Assembly: GCA_035559335.1 (NCBI GenBank)
Contig: DATMBH010000332.1
Span: forward strand, 1 to 56,111
DNA length: 56,111 nt
DNA from: Gemmatimonadales bacterium
Lineage (GTDB): Bacteria > Gemmatimonadota > Gemmatimonadetes > Gemmatimonadales > JACORV01
Direction: 5' to 3'
The translations under genes and the position numbers were made by a program. Positions 47,801 through 55,664 of the stretch are shown piece after piece (the stretch's first letter is position 1; each line of letters opens with the position of its first letter). The notes under the pieces are model-generated. The model had not been told where the DNA came from and made no database searches. It worked only from the letters and a program-made list of their open reading frames with translations.

Positions 47801-47904
47801 TCAGCAACGTGGTCACCGAGGACCGCCACATCAACCGCAAGTTCTCGCAGTTCGTGATCACGGGCTCGGTGCGGATCGCGATCTCGGCCGGGGAGCTACG
47901 ATGA
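41812..47904 (+). CDS. sprA: SprA/Sov-like type IX secretion translocon (2030 aa)
   Basis: Signal peptide MTRRLAVTFLLAGLTASRALA|QGP. The N-terminal block VNVYYQGLEDEILRRVEVGNVTFAPPASRFITAGIPSNNFGVRVEAQLGALELSGIFAQQQGN matches the conserved SprA N-terminal motif. Giant beta-rich protein. Confidence 0.8.
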   Translation: MTRRLAVTFLLAGLTASRALAQGPEEPFGIRVARLRADSLVLEVPAAFEGSGRLAWPRRPAAVLADEWMRRLTARLEARAARRWSALLLGDSSLLVAPPRADLAGVPALIAPALEPDRQPLSLIAEYAQLGMQVNSRLELRMERFRNERCTSADATRLSQGCRGGFNAPRLEPQFTVRAGGLVGQRLHVNVDYDSEREFQTSNNVNVYYQGLEDEILRRVEVGNVTFAPPASRFITAGIPSNNFGVRVEAQLGALELSGIFAQQQGNVVRGRTFTIGDRTVLPVERELQDRDFEPLRFFFVIDPALLPGYPAVDPLGLSATALPASQQLVQVRAYRRRSTANRPQAEQALTGIEAVAVRDDSPQRAGPFTWEALIEGRDFYLDPSGLWLALVARLDPEDFLAVSYVTAAGDTVGTFPAVGTAGRVDTLVLIHEPRRGTEVPTFRHEMRNAYRVGATDDVVRESATLRITVAEAERPTGSNVTFLQLTGVALSSDGTRFDQYNRMFPRERDPGGGQPLRDMFVVFPHLTPFADAALAPEFRNDSLYRTPTYLLRTQGPTPLYSLRMGYDSRGGDDRRILSLGGFQIRAGSERITAGGRALTRGVDYTMNYEVGQVTFLNPDSLFPQPTTVVVQYEENPAFAIAPTSLYGLQARYDLGDHGAITATGLLQRERTLFTRPPLGFEPSSNAVGGVSAALVFEPTRLTRLLDALPLVTASAPSRINLDAELAVSRPSPNQLGVAYVETFESEGGLFLPLGEDLWEYGSRPSSGRGAAAAGIDPVLGFSDADAVLLTWQNLIPSADGNVFTLVPREIDPAIVTQGTGDQAETVMWMALHPDTVGGNLDPVSFRQRWLLPHTPGPRWRSITLPLNATGLDLSRVEFLEFWVLEDDERRARNAGLTMVLDFGTVYEDAVDFLPTGFRVSGRDTTYSGRRRAGEGRLDTERDTLTNAFNALTSDVGILGDVADSIVNLDTGQRVDSLALCRSELSRALVVYSWGSPSPHCTRRNGRADTEDLNNDQRLDSLVTGQGENFFRYVFPVGDQRFFVREGGQIPGLGRWRLYRIPFRTDTIQVGLPNVRQIQALRLTIAVPQAAAESTLFFALARMKLVGAPWVKRSGTPIAGLSGSRGQGHGEVIASVVSTENRADLGYEPPPGVTDQGSQAGGGFNVGAVQINERSLRLIASDVRVGERAEAFYRFPEGERNFLGYRQLRVWARGRGAGWNERHLAFYVKVAQDENNFYLYRAHASTVTWEPEAVVDIGTWLRLRAEVETRWLRGEGPSGAALCGGDSLAYVACSGPYLVHVRNPGVAPPNLARVQELAVGFVRDSGAATDSAELWVNDVRLTGVVDDAGYAGAVSLRVAASDIADLQLQLSRRDPNFRQLGDEPSYIGQNQFAVASAIRLERFGLERLGLAAPLSLRFERAGEDPFYLNRSDVLAEGLQGLRRPRTDASSVLLTLRRTRRGNAWWQRALVDNVTLSASWQSADATTTLSQSSTRLSDYRADYNLTLGNRSFTLLPGFVRDLLGSLPGFMRRSQLVRGLMDSRLRWTPVQVQLVSGLTRGEVERSTYRVPVETEADTARLINTTTAALRTSARIDTRPFQSLQLGAELSSERDLRDYGDTTTVAAVASQSRQRFLGADVGFERARTLSTRMSYAPDVSSWLRPRFGYTSTFGLARDPNAATPERTEGDSAGAFRLPTAFSTARSTDVTLSADPSRLLRLLFGDSGAVRRLLDRLGQVDAGRRVDTRAQFNRAGSDPGVAFQTGLVGLGALLVHNGQLASAATEVTQDRISGSLRLPLNVQVTSAYAERRARAWNARQGVQLGQVATETDWPNVSIRWNYSPSRGAIRSVLSNISASAGTRLRESVSEVQAPGGGAPLRSATESRAVPLSLSVTWALRITTSVTLSGERARTERSGSLTLSDRDQLTATASFAFRFPQEYVPLRSDVRTSLRYSHSANTGCVARAGTPGCVPISDSRRTEYVLIMDTDMPPNVTAGLSISNVVTEDRHINRKFSQFVITGSVRIAISAGELR

Positions 47905-48797
47905 GATTCGCGCTCCGGCTCACGGCGGCGGCCGTGGCGGCAGCGGCGTGTCGGCACGGCTCCTCCGCCGCCCAGCAGTTCGACGGGCGCCAGGCGCTGA
48001 GCTGGGTGGAGCACCAGGTGGCCGCCGGTCCGCGAGTGCCTAACACCGAGGCTCACCGGGTTATCGGCGACTGGCTGGTCGCTGAACTGCGCTCGCGGGC
48101 CGACACCGTCGAGGTGCAGGAATTCACGCACGTGACACTCGACGGCGACACGCTCCGGCTGCGCAACATCATCGCCCGGTTCCGGCCCTCGGACCCGACG
48201 CGGATCCTGTACGTGTCGCATTGGGACAGCCGCCCGATGGCTGAGCACGACCCCAATCCGGCCAACCGCAACCGGGCGATTCCTGGCGCCAACGACGGGG
48301 CCTCCAGCACGGCGCTGCTGCTGGGCGTGGCGGACGCGTTGCGCAGGCGACCTCCACCTGTGGGTGTGGACCTGCTGTTCACCGACGGTGAGGACTACGG
48401 GTCGGATTTCAGCGGCCCCGACGTACTGCTCGGAGCGCGCCACTTCGCGCGCAACCTCCCGCCCGGCTACCAGCCCGCGTTCGGAGTGGTCTGGGACATG
48501 GTGGGAGCGCCGGAGCAGCGCTTCAGCCAGGAAGGCTACTCGTTGGAGCGTGCGCCTGAGGTTGTAGATCGCGTCTGGTCGCGCGCCCGGGAACTGGGCC
48601 TTGCTCGCTGGTTCCCAGCCACCAACGGCGGGGCGATCACCGATGACCACGTGCCGCTGCTGGAGGCCGGCCTGCGGGTGATCGACGTGATAGGCTATCC
48701 CTACGAACACCATCACACCCTGGCCGACACTCCAGACAAGGTTTCGGCCGAGGCGCTGGCCAGGGTGGGAAGGTTGGCGTTGGCGCTGATCTACTAG
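47901..48797 (+). CDS. M28-family metallopeptidase-fold lipoprotein (glutaminyl-cyclase-like or aminopeptidase)
   Basis: Lipobox-like AAVAAAAC. M28 core YVSHWDSRP, GANDGASSTALLLGVA, FTDGEDYG. The ATG overlaps the sprA stop (ATGA). Confidence 0.75.
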   Translation: MRFALRLTAAAVAAAACRHGSSAAQQFDGRQALSWVEHQVAAGPRVPNTEAHRVIGDWLVAELRSRADTVEVQEFTHVTLDGDTLRLRNIIARFRPSDPTRILYVSHWDSRPMAEHDPNPANRNRAIPGANDGASSTALLLGVADALRRRPPPVGVDLLFTDGEDYGSDFSGPDVLLGARHFARNLPPGYQPAFGVVWDMVGAPEQRFSQEGYSLERAPEVVDRVWSRARELGLARWFPATNGGAITDDHVPLLEAGLRVIDVIGYPYEHHHTLADTPDKVSAEALARVGRLALALIY

Positions 48798-48805
48798 GAG
48801 TCGGT

Positions 48806-48906
48806 GATCAGGGGTCAGGGGTCAGGGGAATGGTCGCGGGAGAGGCTGCGTAGTTATGCGCTATGATCGCATAACCCCGATCCCTGACTCCCGACCTCTG
48901 ACCTCT
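48806..48906. repeat. nested structured element: 3x tcagggg tandem arm, degenerate complementary arm and an apical AT-richer hairpin
   Basis: tcagggg x3 at 48808-48828. A complementary tccctgac/tcccgac/ctctgac arm at about 48881-48903. A perfect 8-bp hairpin, gttatgcg / cgcataac, at 48853-48875. Confidence 0.55.
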
Positions 48907-48918
48907 ACCTTCTCCCTC

Positions 48919-49593
48919 ATGCTCACGCGTGACGAACGCCGGGCGGTCGTGTTCCTCGCGGTGGTAGCCGCGGCTGGCGCAGTGGTGCGCGTCCTTGGCG
49001 GTGGTGAGGGGCCCCCGGGAGCGGGCGTGGTGGCGCCGCATCTGGCCGCCGGTGATCTGGAGCGGCAGAGGCGACTGGTGCGCGAGGCGGAGGCCCGGGC
49101 CCGGCCCCTGGGACCGGGAGAGCGCATCGACGCCGACCGCGCTGGCGCCCTCGAACTGGAGCGGCTGCCGCGCATCGGTCCGGCGCTGGCCCAGCGCATC
49201 GTGGCGTGGCGCGATTCCCACGGTCCCTTCGGCTCACTCGAGGAACTGGGAAGGGTGCCGGGCATCGGCGAGGGAATGCTGGAGCTGCTGCGAGGCCACC
49301 TGAGCTTCAGCGGCACCCGCTGGAGGCAACCGGACGGCACGGTGCCCCTGTCCGCCCCGCGCCGGCCGGTGGCGGAGTCCGGCTGCGACGACCTCCGCAT
49401 ACCGCTGGCGCTCAATCGGGCCACCGCACGTGAGCTTGCGTGCCTGCCTGGGATCGGAGGCACGCTGGCTCAGCGCATCGTAACCGATCGAGCGGCGCGA
49501 GGACCGTATCCCGAAGTGCCTGCGCTGGCGAGAGTTCAGGGACTGAGCCGGAGACGAATCGAGCGACTTCAGTCGCTGCTGACCGCTCCTTGA
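48919..49593 (+). CDS. comEA: ComEA-like helix-hairpin-helix DNA-binding protein (two HhH modules)
   Basis: TM anchor RRAVVFLAVVAAAGAVV. Two HhH repeats: LELERLPRIGPALAQRIVAWRDSHGPFGSLEELGRVPGIG and ARELACLPGIGGTLAQRIVTDRAARGPY. ATG 48919 was chosen because it lies downstream of the structured element. Confidence 0.75.
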   Translation: MLTRDERRAVVFLAVVAAAGAVVRVLGGGEGPPGAGVVAPHLAAGDLERQRRLVREAEARARPLGPGERIDADRAGALELERLPRIGPALAQRIVAWRDSHGPFGSLEELGRVPGIGEGMLELLRGHLSFSGTRWRQPDGTVPLSAPRRPVAESGCDDLRIPLALNRATARELACLPGIGGTLAQRIVTDRAARGPYPEVPALARVQGLSRRRIERLQSLLTAP

Positions 49594-49676
49594 CAGGGGG
49601 GTGCTCGCCGGTAGTTTCCACAGGACGCCCCCGTCACGAAGGGCCAACTCCTTTTCCTGAGAGTGCTTAGCTTGTC

Positions 49677-51395
49677 ATGACGGCACCTGCCTCGGCTTCC
49701 GGTGATAGACTCGGCGATCTGCTGATTCGCGAAGGTCTGATCACCAAGGAACAGCTCGAAAAGGCTTTACAGGAACAGAAGACGCAGGGTGTACGCCTCG
49801 GCTATGCCCTGGTGAAGCTCGGCTTCGTCCAGGAGACCGAGATCACCAAGATGCTGGCCCGGCAGTACCGCATGCCGGCGGTGGATCTGTCGCGGTTCGA
49901 GGTGGACCCGAAGATCGTCAAGATGATTCCGGCCGACCTCGCCACCAAGAACTTGGTGCTTCCGCTCAAGCGCGACGGGCGCACGCTCACCGTGGCGATG
50001 GCCGATCCGACCAACCTTGGGGTTATCGACGATCTCAAGTTCATCACCCGATGCGACATCTTCCCGGTGATCGCGGGCGAGTACACGCTGAAGAACGCGA
50101 TCGACAAGCATTACGAGCAGGTTGATCAGCAGCTCGACAAGCTGATTGCGGAGATCGGGGAGGAAGAGAGCGCCGAGCTGGAGGTGGTGCAGGAGAAGGA
50201 GGACGAGGCCACCGATCAGGCGCAGCTGGTGGACGATGCGCCGGTTGTGAAGCTGATCAACGCGATCCTCACCGACGCGGTCAAGCGCGGCGCCTCGGAC
50301 ATCCACATCGAGCCGTTCGAGCACGAGATGCGGGTGCGTTACCGCATCGACGGCGCGCTTCAGGAGGTGATGAAGCCTCCGCTCAAGCTCAAGGCGGCGC
50401 TCACTTCGCGCATCAAGATCATGTCGTCGCTGAACATCGCCGAGCGCCGGGTGCCGCAGGACGGCCGCATCAAGCTGAAGATGGGCAAGCGGGTGATCGA
50501 CTATCGCGTTTCGACTCTGCCGGTGCTGTTCGGCGAGAAGATCGTGATGCGGATCCTCGACAAGGGGAATCTGGCCCTCGACCTGTCCAAGTTCGGCTTC
50601 GAGCCCAAGGCCGAGGCGGACCTGATGAAGGCCATTTTGAACCCGTACGGCATGGTGCTGGTAACGGGGCCCACGGGTTCCGGGAAGACCACGACGCTGT
50701 ATTCGGCGCTGTCGCGGGTCAACACGATTGAAGTGAATATCATGACGGCGGAGGACCCGGTCGAGTACAACCTCATGGGCATCAACCAGGTGCTCGTGCG
50801 CAACGAGATCGGGATGACGTTCGCGGCGGCGCTGAAGGCGTTCCTACGTCAGGATCCGAACATCATCATGGTGGGTGAGATCCGTGACATCGAGACCGGC
50901 GGCATCGCCATCAAGGCGGCGCTCACGGGCCACCTGGTGCTTTCGACGCTGCACACGAACGACGCTCCGTCGACGATCACGCGCATGATCGACATGGGCA
51001 TCGAGCCGTTCAACGTTTCCAGCGCGGTGAACCTCATCGTAGCGCAGCGGCTGGTGCGTCGTATCTGCTCGAACTGCAAGGCGGAACACAAGTACACGAC
51101 AGAAGAGCTCAAGGCGCTCGCGGTGGACCCCAAGGAATTCGAGGGCGTTACTTTCTTCAAGGGGAAAGGCTGCGACGCCTGCGGTGGGAGCGGCTACAAG
51201 GGTCGCGCCGGCCTGTACGAGGTCATGGCGCTGTCGCCTGAGCTGCGACGTATGATCCTCAAAGGAGCTTCGACCGCCGAGCTCCAGGAGCAGGCCATAG
51301 CCGAGGGCATGCTTACGTTGCGGATGGATGGCATCGTGAAGATCAAGAAGGGAATCACCACACTCGAGGAAGTGGTCAAGGAGACCGCCGGATGA
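49677..51395 (+). CDS. pilB: type IV pilus assembly ATPase PilB (GspE family)
   Basis: N-terminal T2SSE_N domain (LGDLLIREGLITKEQLEKAL...), Walker A GPTGSGKTTT, Asp/His boxes and the tetracysteine CSNC...CDAC. Confidence 0.95.
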   Translation: MTAPASASGDRLGDLLIREGLITKEQLEKALQEQKTQGVRLGYALVKLGFVQETEITKMLARQYRMPAVDLSRFEVDPKIVKMIPADLATKNLVLPLKRDGRTLTVAMADPTNLGVIDDLKFITRCDIFPVIAGEYTLKNAIDKHYEQVDQQLDKLIAEIGEEESAELEVVQEKEDEATDQAQLVDDAPVVKLINAILTDAVKRGASDIHIEPFEHEMRVRYRIDGALQEVMKPPLKLKAALTSRIKIMSSLNIAERRVPQDGRIKLKMGKRVIDYRVSTLPVLFGEKIVMRILDKGNLALDLSKFGFEPKAEADLMKAILNPYGMVLVTGPTGSGKTTTLYSALSRVNTIEVNIMTAEDPVEYNLMGINQVLVRNEIGMTFAAALKAFLRQDPNIIMVGEIRDIETGGIAIKAALTGHLVLSTLHTNDAPSTITRMIDMGIEPFNVSSAVNLIVAQRLVRRICSNCKAEHKYTTEELKALAVDPKEFEGVTFFKGKGCDACGGSGYKGRAGLYEVMALSPELRRMILKGASTAELQEQAIAEGMLTLRMDGIVKIKKGITTLEEVVKETAG

Positions 51396-52564
51396 CAGCA
51401 CCACAGGCGCAGCCGTCACAGGCGGCTCCCCAGCAGCTCAACCTGCGCGTCTTGCTCGAGGAGATGATCGAGCGGGAGGCCTCCGACCTGCACATCACGG
51501 CTGGCGAGCGACCGAAGTTGCGGATCGACGGCGATATCACGAACAGCCGGATCGACTATGTGTTGAGCCCCAAGGACACGCTGCAGCTTGCCTATTCGGT
51601 GCTCACCGAGCAGCAGAAGAAGCGCTTCGAGATGGAGGACGAGCTGGACTTCAGCTTCGGCATCCAGAATCTGGCGCGGTTCCGTGGCAACGCCTTCAAG
51701 CAGCGCGGCTGCGTCTCCCTGGTGGTGCGGCAGATCCCGTTCCAGGTGAAGACATTCGAGCAGCTGCAGTTGCCGCCGATCGTGGCGAAGCTGGCCGAGA
51801 AGCCGCGTGGCTTGGTGCTGGTGACCGGCCCCACGGGCTCGGGCAAGTCCACCACGCTGGCTGCCATGATCGACAAGATCAACCGGGAGTGGAAGGGCCA
51901 CATTATCACGGTTGAAGACCCGATCGAGTTCATCCACCGGCACCAGAACTGCATTGTAAATCAGCGCGAGGTGGGCACCGACACCAAGTCGTTCGCCGCC
52001 GCCCTCAAGTACGCACTGCGGCAGGACCCCGACGTGGTGCTGGTGGGCGAGATGCGGGACCTGGAGACGATCCAAGCTGGCCTGACGATAGCCGAGACCG
52101 GCCACCTGGCGTTCGCGACGCTCCACACCAACTCCGCGGCCGAGACCATCAACCGCGTCATCGACGTGTTCCCATCGCACCAGCAGTCGCAGGTGCGCGC
52201 CCAGCTGGCGTTCGTGCTCGAGGGTGTCATCACCCAGACGCTGCTGCCGCGGGCCAAGGGCAAGGGGCGCGTCATGGCGTGCGAGATCATGGTGTGCACG
52301 CCGGCGATCCGAGCGCTGATTCGCGACGACAAGGTGCACCAGATTACCTCGTCGATGCAGGCGGGAAAGAAGTTCGGCATGCAGACCATGAACGACTCGC
52401 TGTACCAGCTGTACATGGCGCGCGAGGTGACCCTGGAGGACTGCCTGCGCGCCACGAGCGAGCCTAACGAATTCCTGAGGATGATCGGCGAGCCGGTGCC
52501 GGGCGAGGAGGACAAGCCGATGATGCCGAAGGATCGGCCTCTTACCGGCGGGCTGAAGCGCTGA
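51392..52564 (+). CDS. pilT: twitching motility ATPase PilT
   Basis: ASDLHITAGERP, GPTGSGKSTTLAAMID, ITVEDPIEF, and the AIRALIRDDKVHQI motif. The start overlaps the pilB stop (ATGA). Confidence 0.95.
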   Translation: MTAPQAQPSQAAPQQLNLRVLLEEMIEREASDLHITAGERPKLRIDGDITNSRIDYVLSPKDTLQLAYSVLTEQQKKRFEMEDELDFSFGIQNLARFRGNAFKQRGCVSLVVRQIPFQVKTFEQLQLPPIVAKLAEKPRGLVLVTGPTGSGKSTTLAAMIDKINREWKGHIITVEDPIEFIHRHQNCIVNQREVGTDTKSFAAALKYALRQDPDVVLVGEMRDLETIQAGLTIAETGHLAFATLHTNSAAETINRVIDVFPSHQQSQVRAQLAFVLEGVITQTLLPRAKGKGRVMACEIMVCTPAIRALIRDDKVHQITSSMQAGKKFGMQTMNDSLYQLYMAREVTLEDCLRATSEPNEFLRMIGEPVPGEEDKPMMPKDRPLTGGLKR

Positions 52565-52587
52565 TTGCGATCCGAGGAGACTGAGCG

Positions 52588-53787
52588 ATGCCGGTCTGGA
52601 ACTACACCGCGCGGACCCTGACGGGAGAGCTGCAGTCCGGGTCCATAGACCTGCCGACCCACGACGATGTCGTAAACCACCTCCGGAAGAACCGGATGAT
52701 CGTGGTGAAGGTCCAGCAGGCGCCCAAGGAGATCAAGCTCTCCTTCGGCAAGGGCATCAGCACGCGCGACATCGTGATCTTCACGCGGCAGTTCGCCACC
52801 ATGATCAACTCGGGACTGCCGCTGGTGCAGGCTCTGGACATCCTGGCCGAGCAGAGCGAGAACCCATCACTCAAGGAAGTCACCAAGCAGGTGGTGTACG
52901 ACGTCGAGTCCGGGCACACGCTGGCCGACGCGCTCCGCAAACACCCCAAGGCCTTCACCGAGCTGTACGTGAACATGGTGGCGGCGGGCGAGGCGGGCGG
53001 TATTCTCGACACCATCCTGCTGCGCCTGGCGACGTTCATGGAGAAGAACGATGCGCTGGTCCGCAAGGTGAAGGGCGCGATGATCTACCCCGGAGTGATC
53101 TTCTCCGTGGCGGGCATGGCCATCGTGATCTTGCTGGTGTTCGTGATCCCGGTCTTCCAGGACATGTTCGCTGGTATCGGCCAGCAGCTGCCGCTGCCCA
53201 CCCGCGTGGTGATCGGGGCTTCCAACCTGCTGAAAGGTTTCTGGTGGGCGATCGGCGGCGGCCTGACCGCGCTGTTCTTCGGCATCCGGAAGTACTACAG
53301 CACGCCGCAGGGCAAGCTGAACCTCGACAAGCTTATGCTGCAGGCGCCGGTGCTCGGCGATCTGATCCGCAAGTCCGCCGTGTCGCGGTTCACCCGCACC
53401 CTCGGCACCTTGATCGCATCCGGCGTCAGCATCCTGGACGGTCTCGAAATCACCGCCAAGACGGCCGGCAACCGGGTGATCCACGATGCCGTGATGGAGA
53501 GCCGGTCGTCCATCGCCGGCGGCGAGACTATTGCCGCTCCGCTCCAGAAATCGAAAGTGTTCCCGCCGATGGTGATCTCGATGATCGCCGTCGGAGAACA
53601 GACCGGCGGCCTGGACGAGATGCTCACCAAGATCGCCGACTTTTACGACGAAGAGGTCGATGCCGCGGTCGAGGCGCTGCTGTCGCTGATGGAACCGGTG
53701 ATGATCGTGGTGCTCGGCGTGGTGGTCGGCGGAATGATCATTGCGATGTATCTGCCGATATTCAACATGATCAATACGGTGCAGTAG
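52588..53787 (+). CDS. pilC: type IV pilus platform protein PilC (GspF family)
   Basis: Two T2SSF repeats (FTRQFATMINSGLPLVQAL and FTRTLGTLIASGVSILDGL), ending ...MYLPIFNMINTVQ. Confidence 0.95.
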   Translation: MPVWNYTARTLTGELQSGSIDLPTHDDVVNHLRKNRMIVVKVQQAPKEIKLSFGKGISTRDIVIFTRQFATMINSGLPLVQALDILAEQSENPSLKEVTKQVVYDVESGHTLADALRKHPKAFTELYVNMVAAGEAGGILDTILLRLATFMEKNDALVRKVKGAMIYPGVIFSVAGMAIVILLVFVIPVFQDMFAGIGQQLPLPTRVVIGASNLLKGFWWAIGGGLTALFFGIRKYYSTPQGKLNLDKLMLQAPVLGDLIRKSAVSRFTRTLGTLIASGVSILDGLEITAKTAGNRVIHDAVMESRSSIAGGETIAAPLQKSKVFPPMVISMIAVGEQTGGLDEMLTKIADFYDEEVDAAVEALLSLMEPVMIVVLGVVVGGMIIAMYLPIFNMINTVQ

Positions 53788-53824
53788 TTGGCGAGGTGAT
53801 AGAGGCGATAAGGAAGGTGTGAGG

Positions 53825-53852
53825 GAGGGGCCCGGCGGGAGTCGGGCCCCTC
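53825..53852 (+). terminator. terminator-like GC hairpin after pilC (no U-tract)
   Basis: gaggggcccg / cgggcccctc, a 10-bp stem with an 8-nt loop, followed by a C-rich, G-poor stretch. Confidence 0.4.
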
Positions 53853-53984
53853 TGGCATCGGCGCCCGTCTCCAGCCCCCATCCCGGGCCCGTCCCCTACT
53901 CCCAGCCCCCCTCTTGCATTGTGCAATACCGCCTTCGTTCCTTATTGTTCGCTTCTGGTGACCGTTCCAGCCGCACCTGCCACT

Positions 53985-55664
53985 GTGGCCAGTGAGCGCA
54001 GGCTGCTCCCGTGGCGCCGCCTCCCGGTACCGGGGGCGGTCCCGCCGGCGCGCACCCTGCTGCGCTACGTGTATATCGGCCGGCTGGCAGTCGCGTTCGG
54101 CGTGTTCGTGGGCGCGGCGCTGGCCTGGTTCACGGCTGACATCACGCAGCTGTTCGTCGCCTCGCTCTCAATCACGCTCGCGTTGGTCATGACGGCGTGG
54201 GCCGCGTGGTACACCTTCCTGCGCAGTGGCGGCATAGGCCCGACCTTCCTGTACCTGCAGGCGATGTTCGACGTGGCCCTCACCACAGCCGTGGTCAACG
54301 TGATGGGGCCCTACTCGCCGATGTCGGCCCTGTACATCCTGGTTATTGCGGTCTACGCGGTGCTGATGCCATTTGCCAACGGGCTGCTCATCGCCCTGTT
54401 CGCCGGCATTCTGTACGCGGCCATGGTCGTTGTCGGTCCCACCGAACCATCGTTCGCCCTGGTGCTTCAGCTCGGAGTGTTCTGGCTGGTGGCGGTGTTT
54501 ACCGGTTATCTCGCCAGTCGGGTCCGGGTGGCAGGGCAGGCGCAGGAGGCGCTGTCGGCGGAACTGACGCGCGTGCGGCTGGAAGCTGGCGACATCCTGC
54601 GCAACATCCGCACTGGGATCCTGACCGTGAGCGGCGACGGGAGGCTGGTTTACGCCAACCCGACGGCGGAGCAGCTGCTCGGAATAGACGTGCAGGTGAT
54701 GCGCGAGAAGCCGGTGCTTTCCTACCTGGAGTCGGTCGCGCCGGTGCTCGCGGACGCCGTGCGCCTGACCTCGTGGGAGGGACGCCGCGTGATCCGCCGC
54801 GAGGGCGAGGCGCGAATCGGCGACCGCACCTTTCCGCTGGGCGTGTCCACCACGGCCGTTAGTCTGGAGGACGGGCAGCGTCCATCGGTGACCGCGATAT
54901 TCAAGGATATCTCCGACGAGAAGCGTTATGAGGCGCTGCACCTCAGGGCCGAACGGCTTGCAGCGGTGGCCGAGATCGCGGCGTCTCTCGCTCACGAGAT
55001 CAAGAACCCGCTGGCCTCGATCCGCAGCGCGGTGGAAATGTTGTCGCGCTCGGCGCCTCCCGGCGCCGACGAGAAGATCCTGGGCGCGCTGGTGCTGCGC
55101 GAGAGCGACCGGCTATCGCGGCTGCTCACGGAGTTCATGGACTTCTCGCGAGTCCGCGTGACGAAGTCGGCCGAGTTCGACCTCGTGGCCGTGGCCGAGG
55201 CCGGCGTCCGGATCGCGCGCCAGCATCCCGACTGCCCGGCGACGGCGCGGGTCGAGCTGGTGGCTCCGCAGCGACCACTGCTCATCGAGGGCGACGAGGA
55301 CCTGATGCACCGGGTGGTGTTCAACCTGGTGCTTAATGCCATCCAGGCCGCCCCGGAGGCGGCGCACGTGACCGTGGAGGTGGCGACGCCCGATCCAGAC
55401 ACTTTCCCCGCCAATGTGGCGATCGACCAGCCGCGCATGCTTCGGGTGCGGGATCGGGGGCCGGGCGTGAACCCGGACATACTGCCCCGGCTGTTCGAGC
55501 CGTTCGTCACGGCGCGTCCAGGCGGGACCGGACTGGGACTGGCGATCGTGCAGCGCGCGGTGCTCTCGCATCGCGGCGTCATCTTCTGTGACTCGGTGCC
55601 GGGCGAAGGCACCACGTTCACCGTTTACGTGCCGGCGCGGTTCAGCGCCGAGGAGGGAGTTTGA
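53985..55664 (+). CDS. pilS: PilS-like sensor histidine kinase (multi-TM, PAS, HisKA, HATPase_c)
   Basis: Six hydrophobic helices starting RYVYIGRLAVAFGVF, a PAS-like segment, H-box LAHEIKNPLASI, N-box FNLVLNAIQA and G-boxes DRGPGV / GTGLGLAIV. The start is uncertain (GTG 53985 chosen; track TTG 53919 lies in an AT-richer, promoter-like region). Confidence 0.8.
   Translation: MASERRLLPWRRLPVPGAVPPARTLLRYVYIGRLAVAFGVFVGAALAWFTADITQLFVASLSITLALVMTAWAAWYTFLRSGGIGPTFLYLQAMFDVALTTAVVNVMGPYSPMSALYILVIAVYAVLMPFANGLLIALFAGILYAAMVVVGPTEPSFALVLQLGVFWLVAVFTGYLASRVRVAGQAQEALSAELTRVRLEAGDILRNIRTGILTVSGDGRLVYANPTAEQLLGIDVQVMREKPVLSYLESVAPVLADAVRLTSWEGRRVIRREGEARIGDRTFPLGVSTTAVSLEDGQRPSVTAIFKDISDEKRYEALHLRAERLAAVAEIAASLAHEIKNPLASIRSAVEMLSRSAPPGADEKILGALVLRESDRLSRLLTEFMDFSRVRVTKSAEFDLVAVAEAGVRIARQHPDCPATARVELVAPQRPLLIEGDEDLMHRVVFNLVLNAIQAAPEAAHVTVEVATPDPDTFPANVAIDQPRMLRVRDRGPGVNPDILPRLFEPFVTARPGGTGLGLAIVQRAVLSHRGVIFCDSVPGEGTTFTVYVPARFSAEEGV

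Noticed and set aside
48808-48828. The tcagggg x3 tandem array as a possible CRISPR or mini-satellite.
   Set aside because: The units are 7 nt with no spacers, and there are only three copies. The array is best explained as one arm of a hairpin element.
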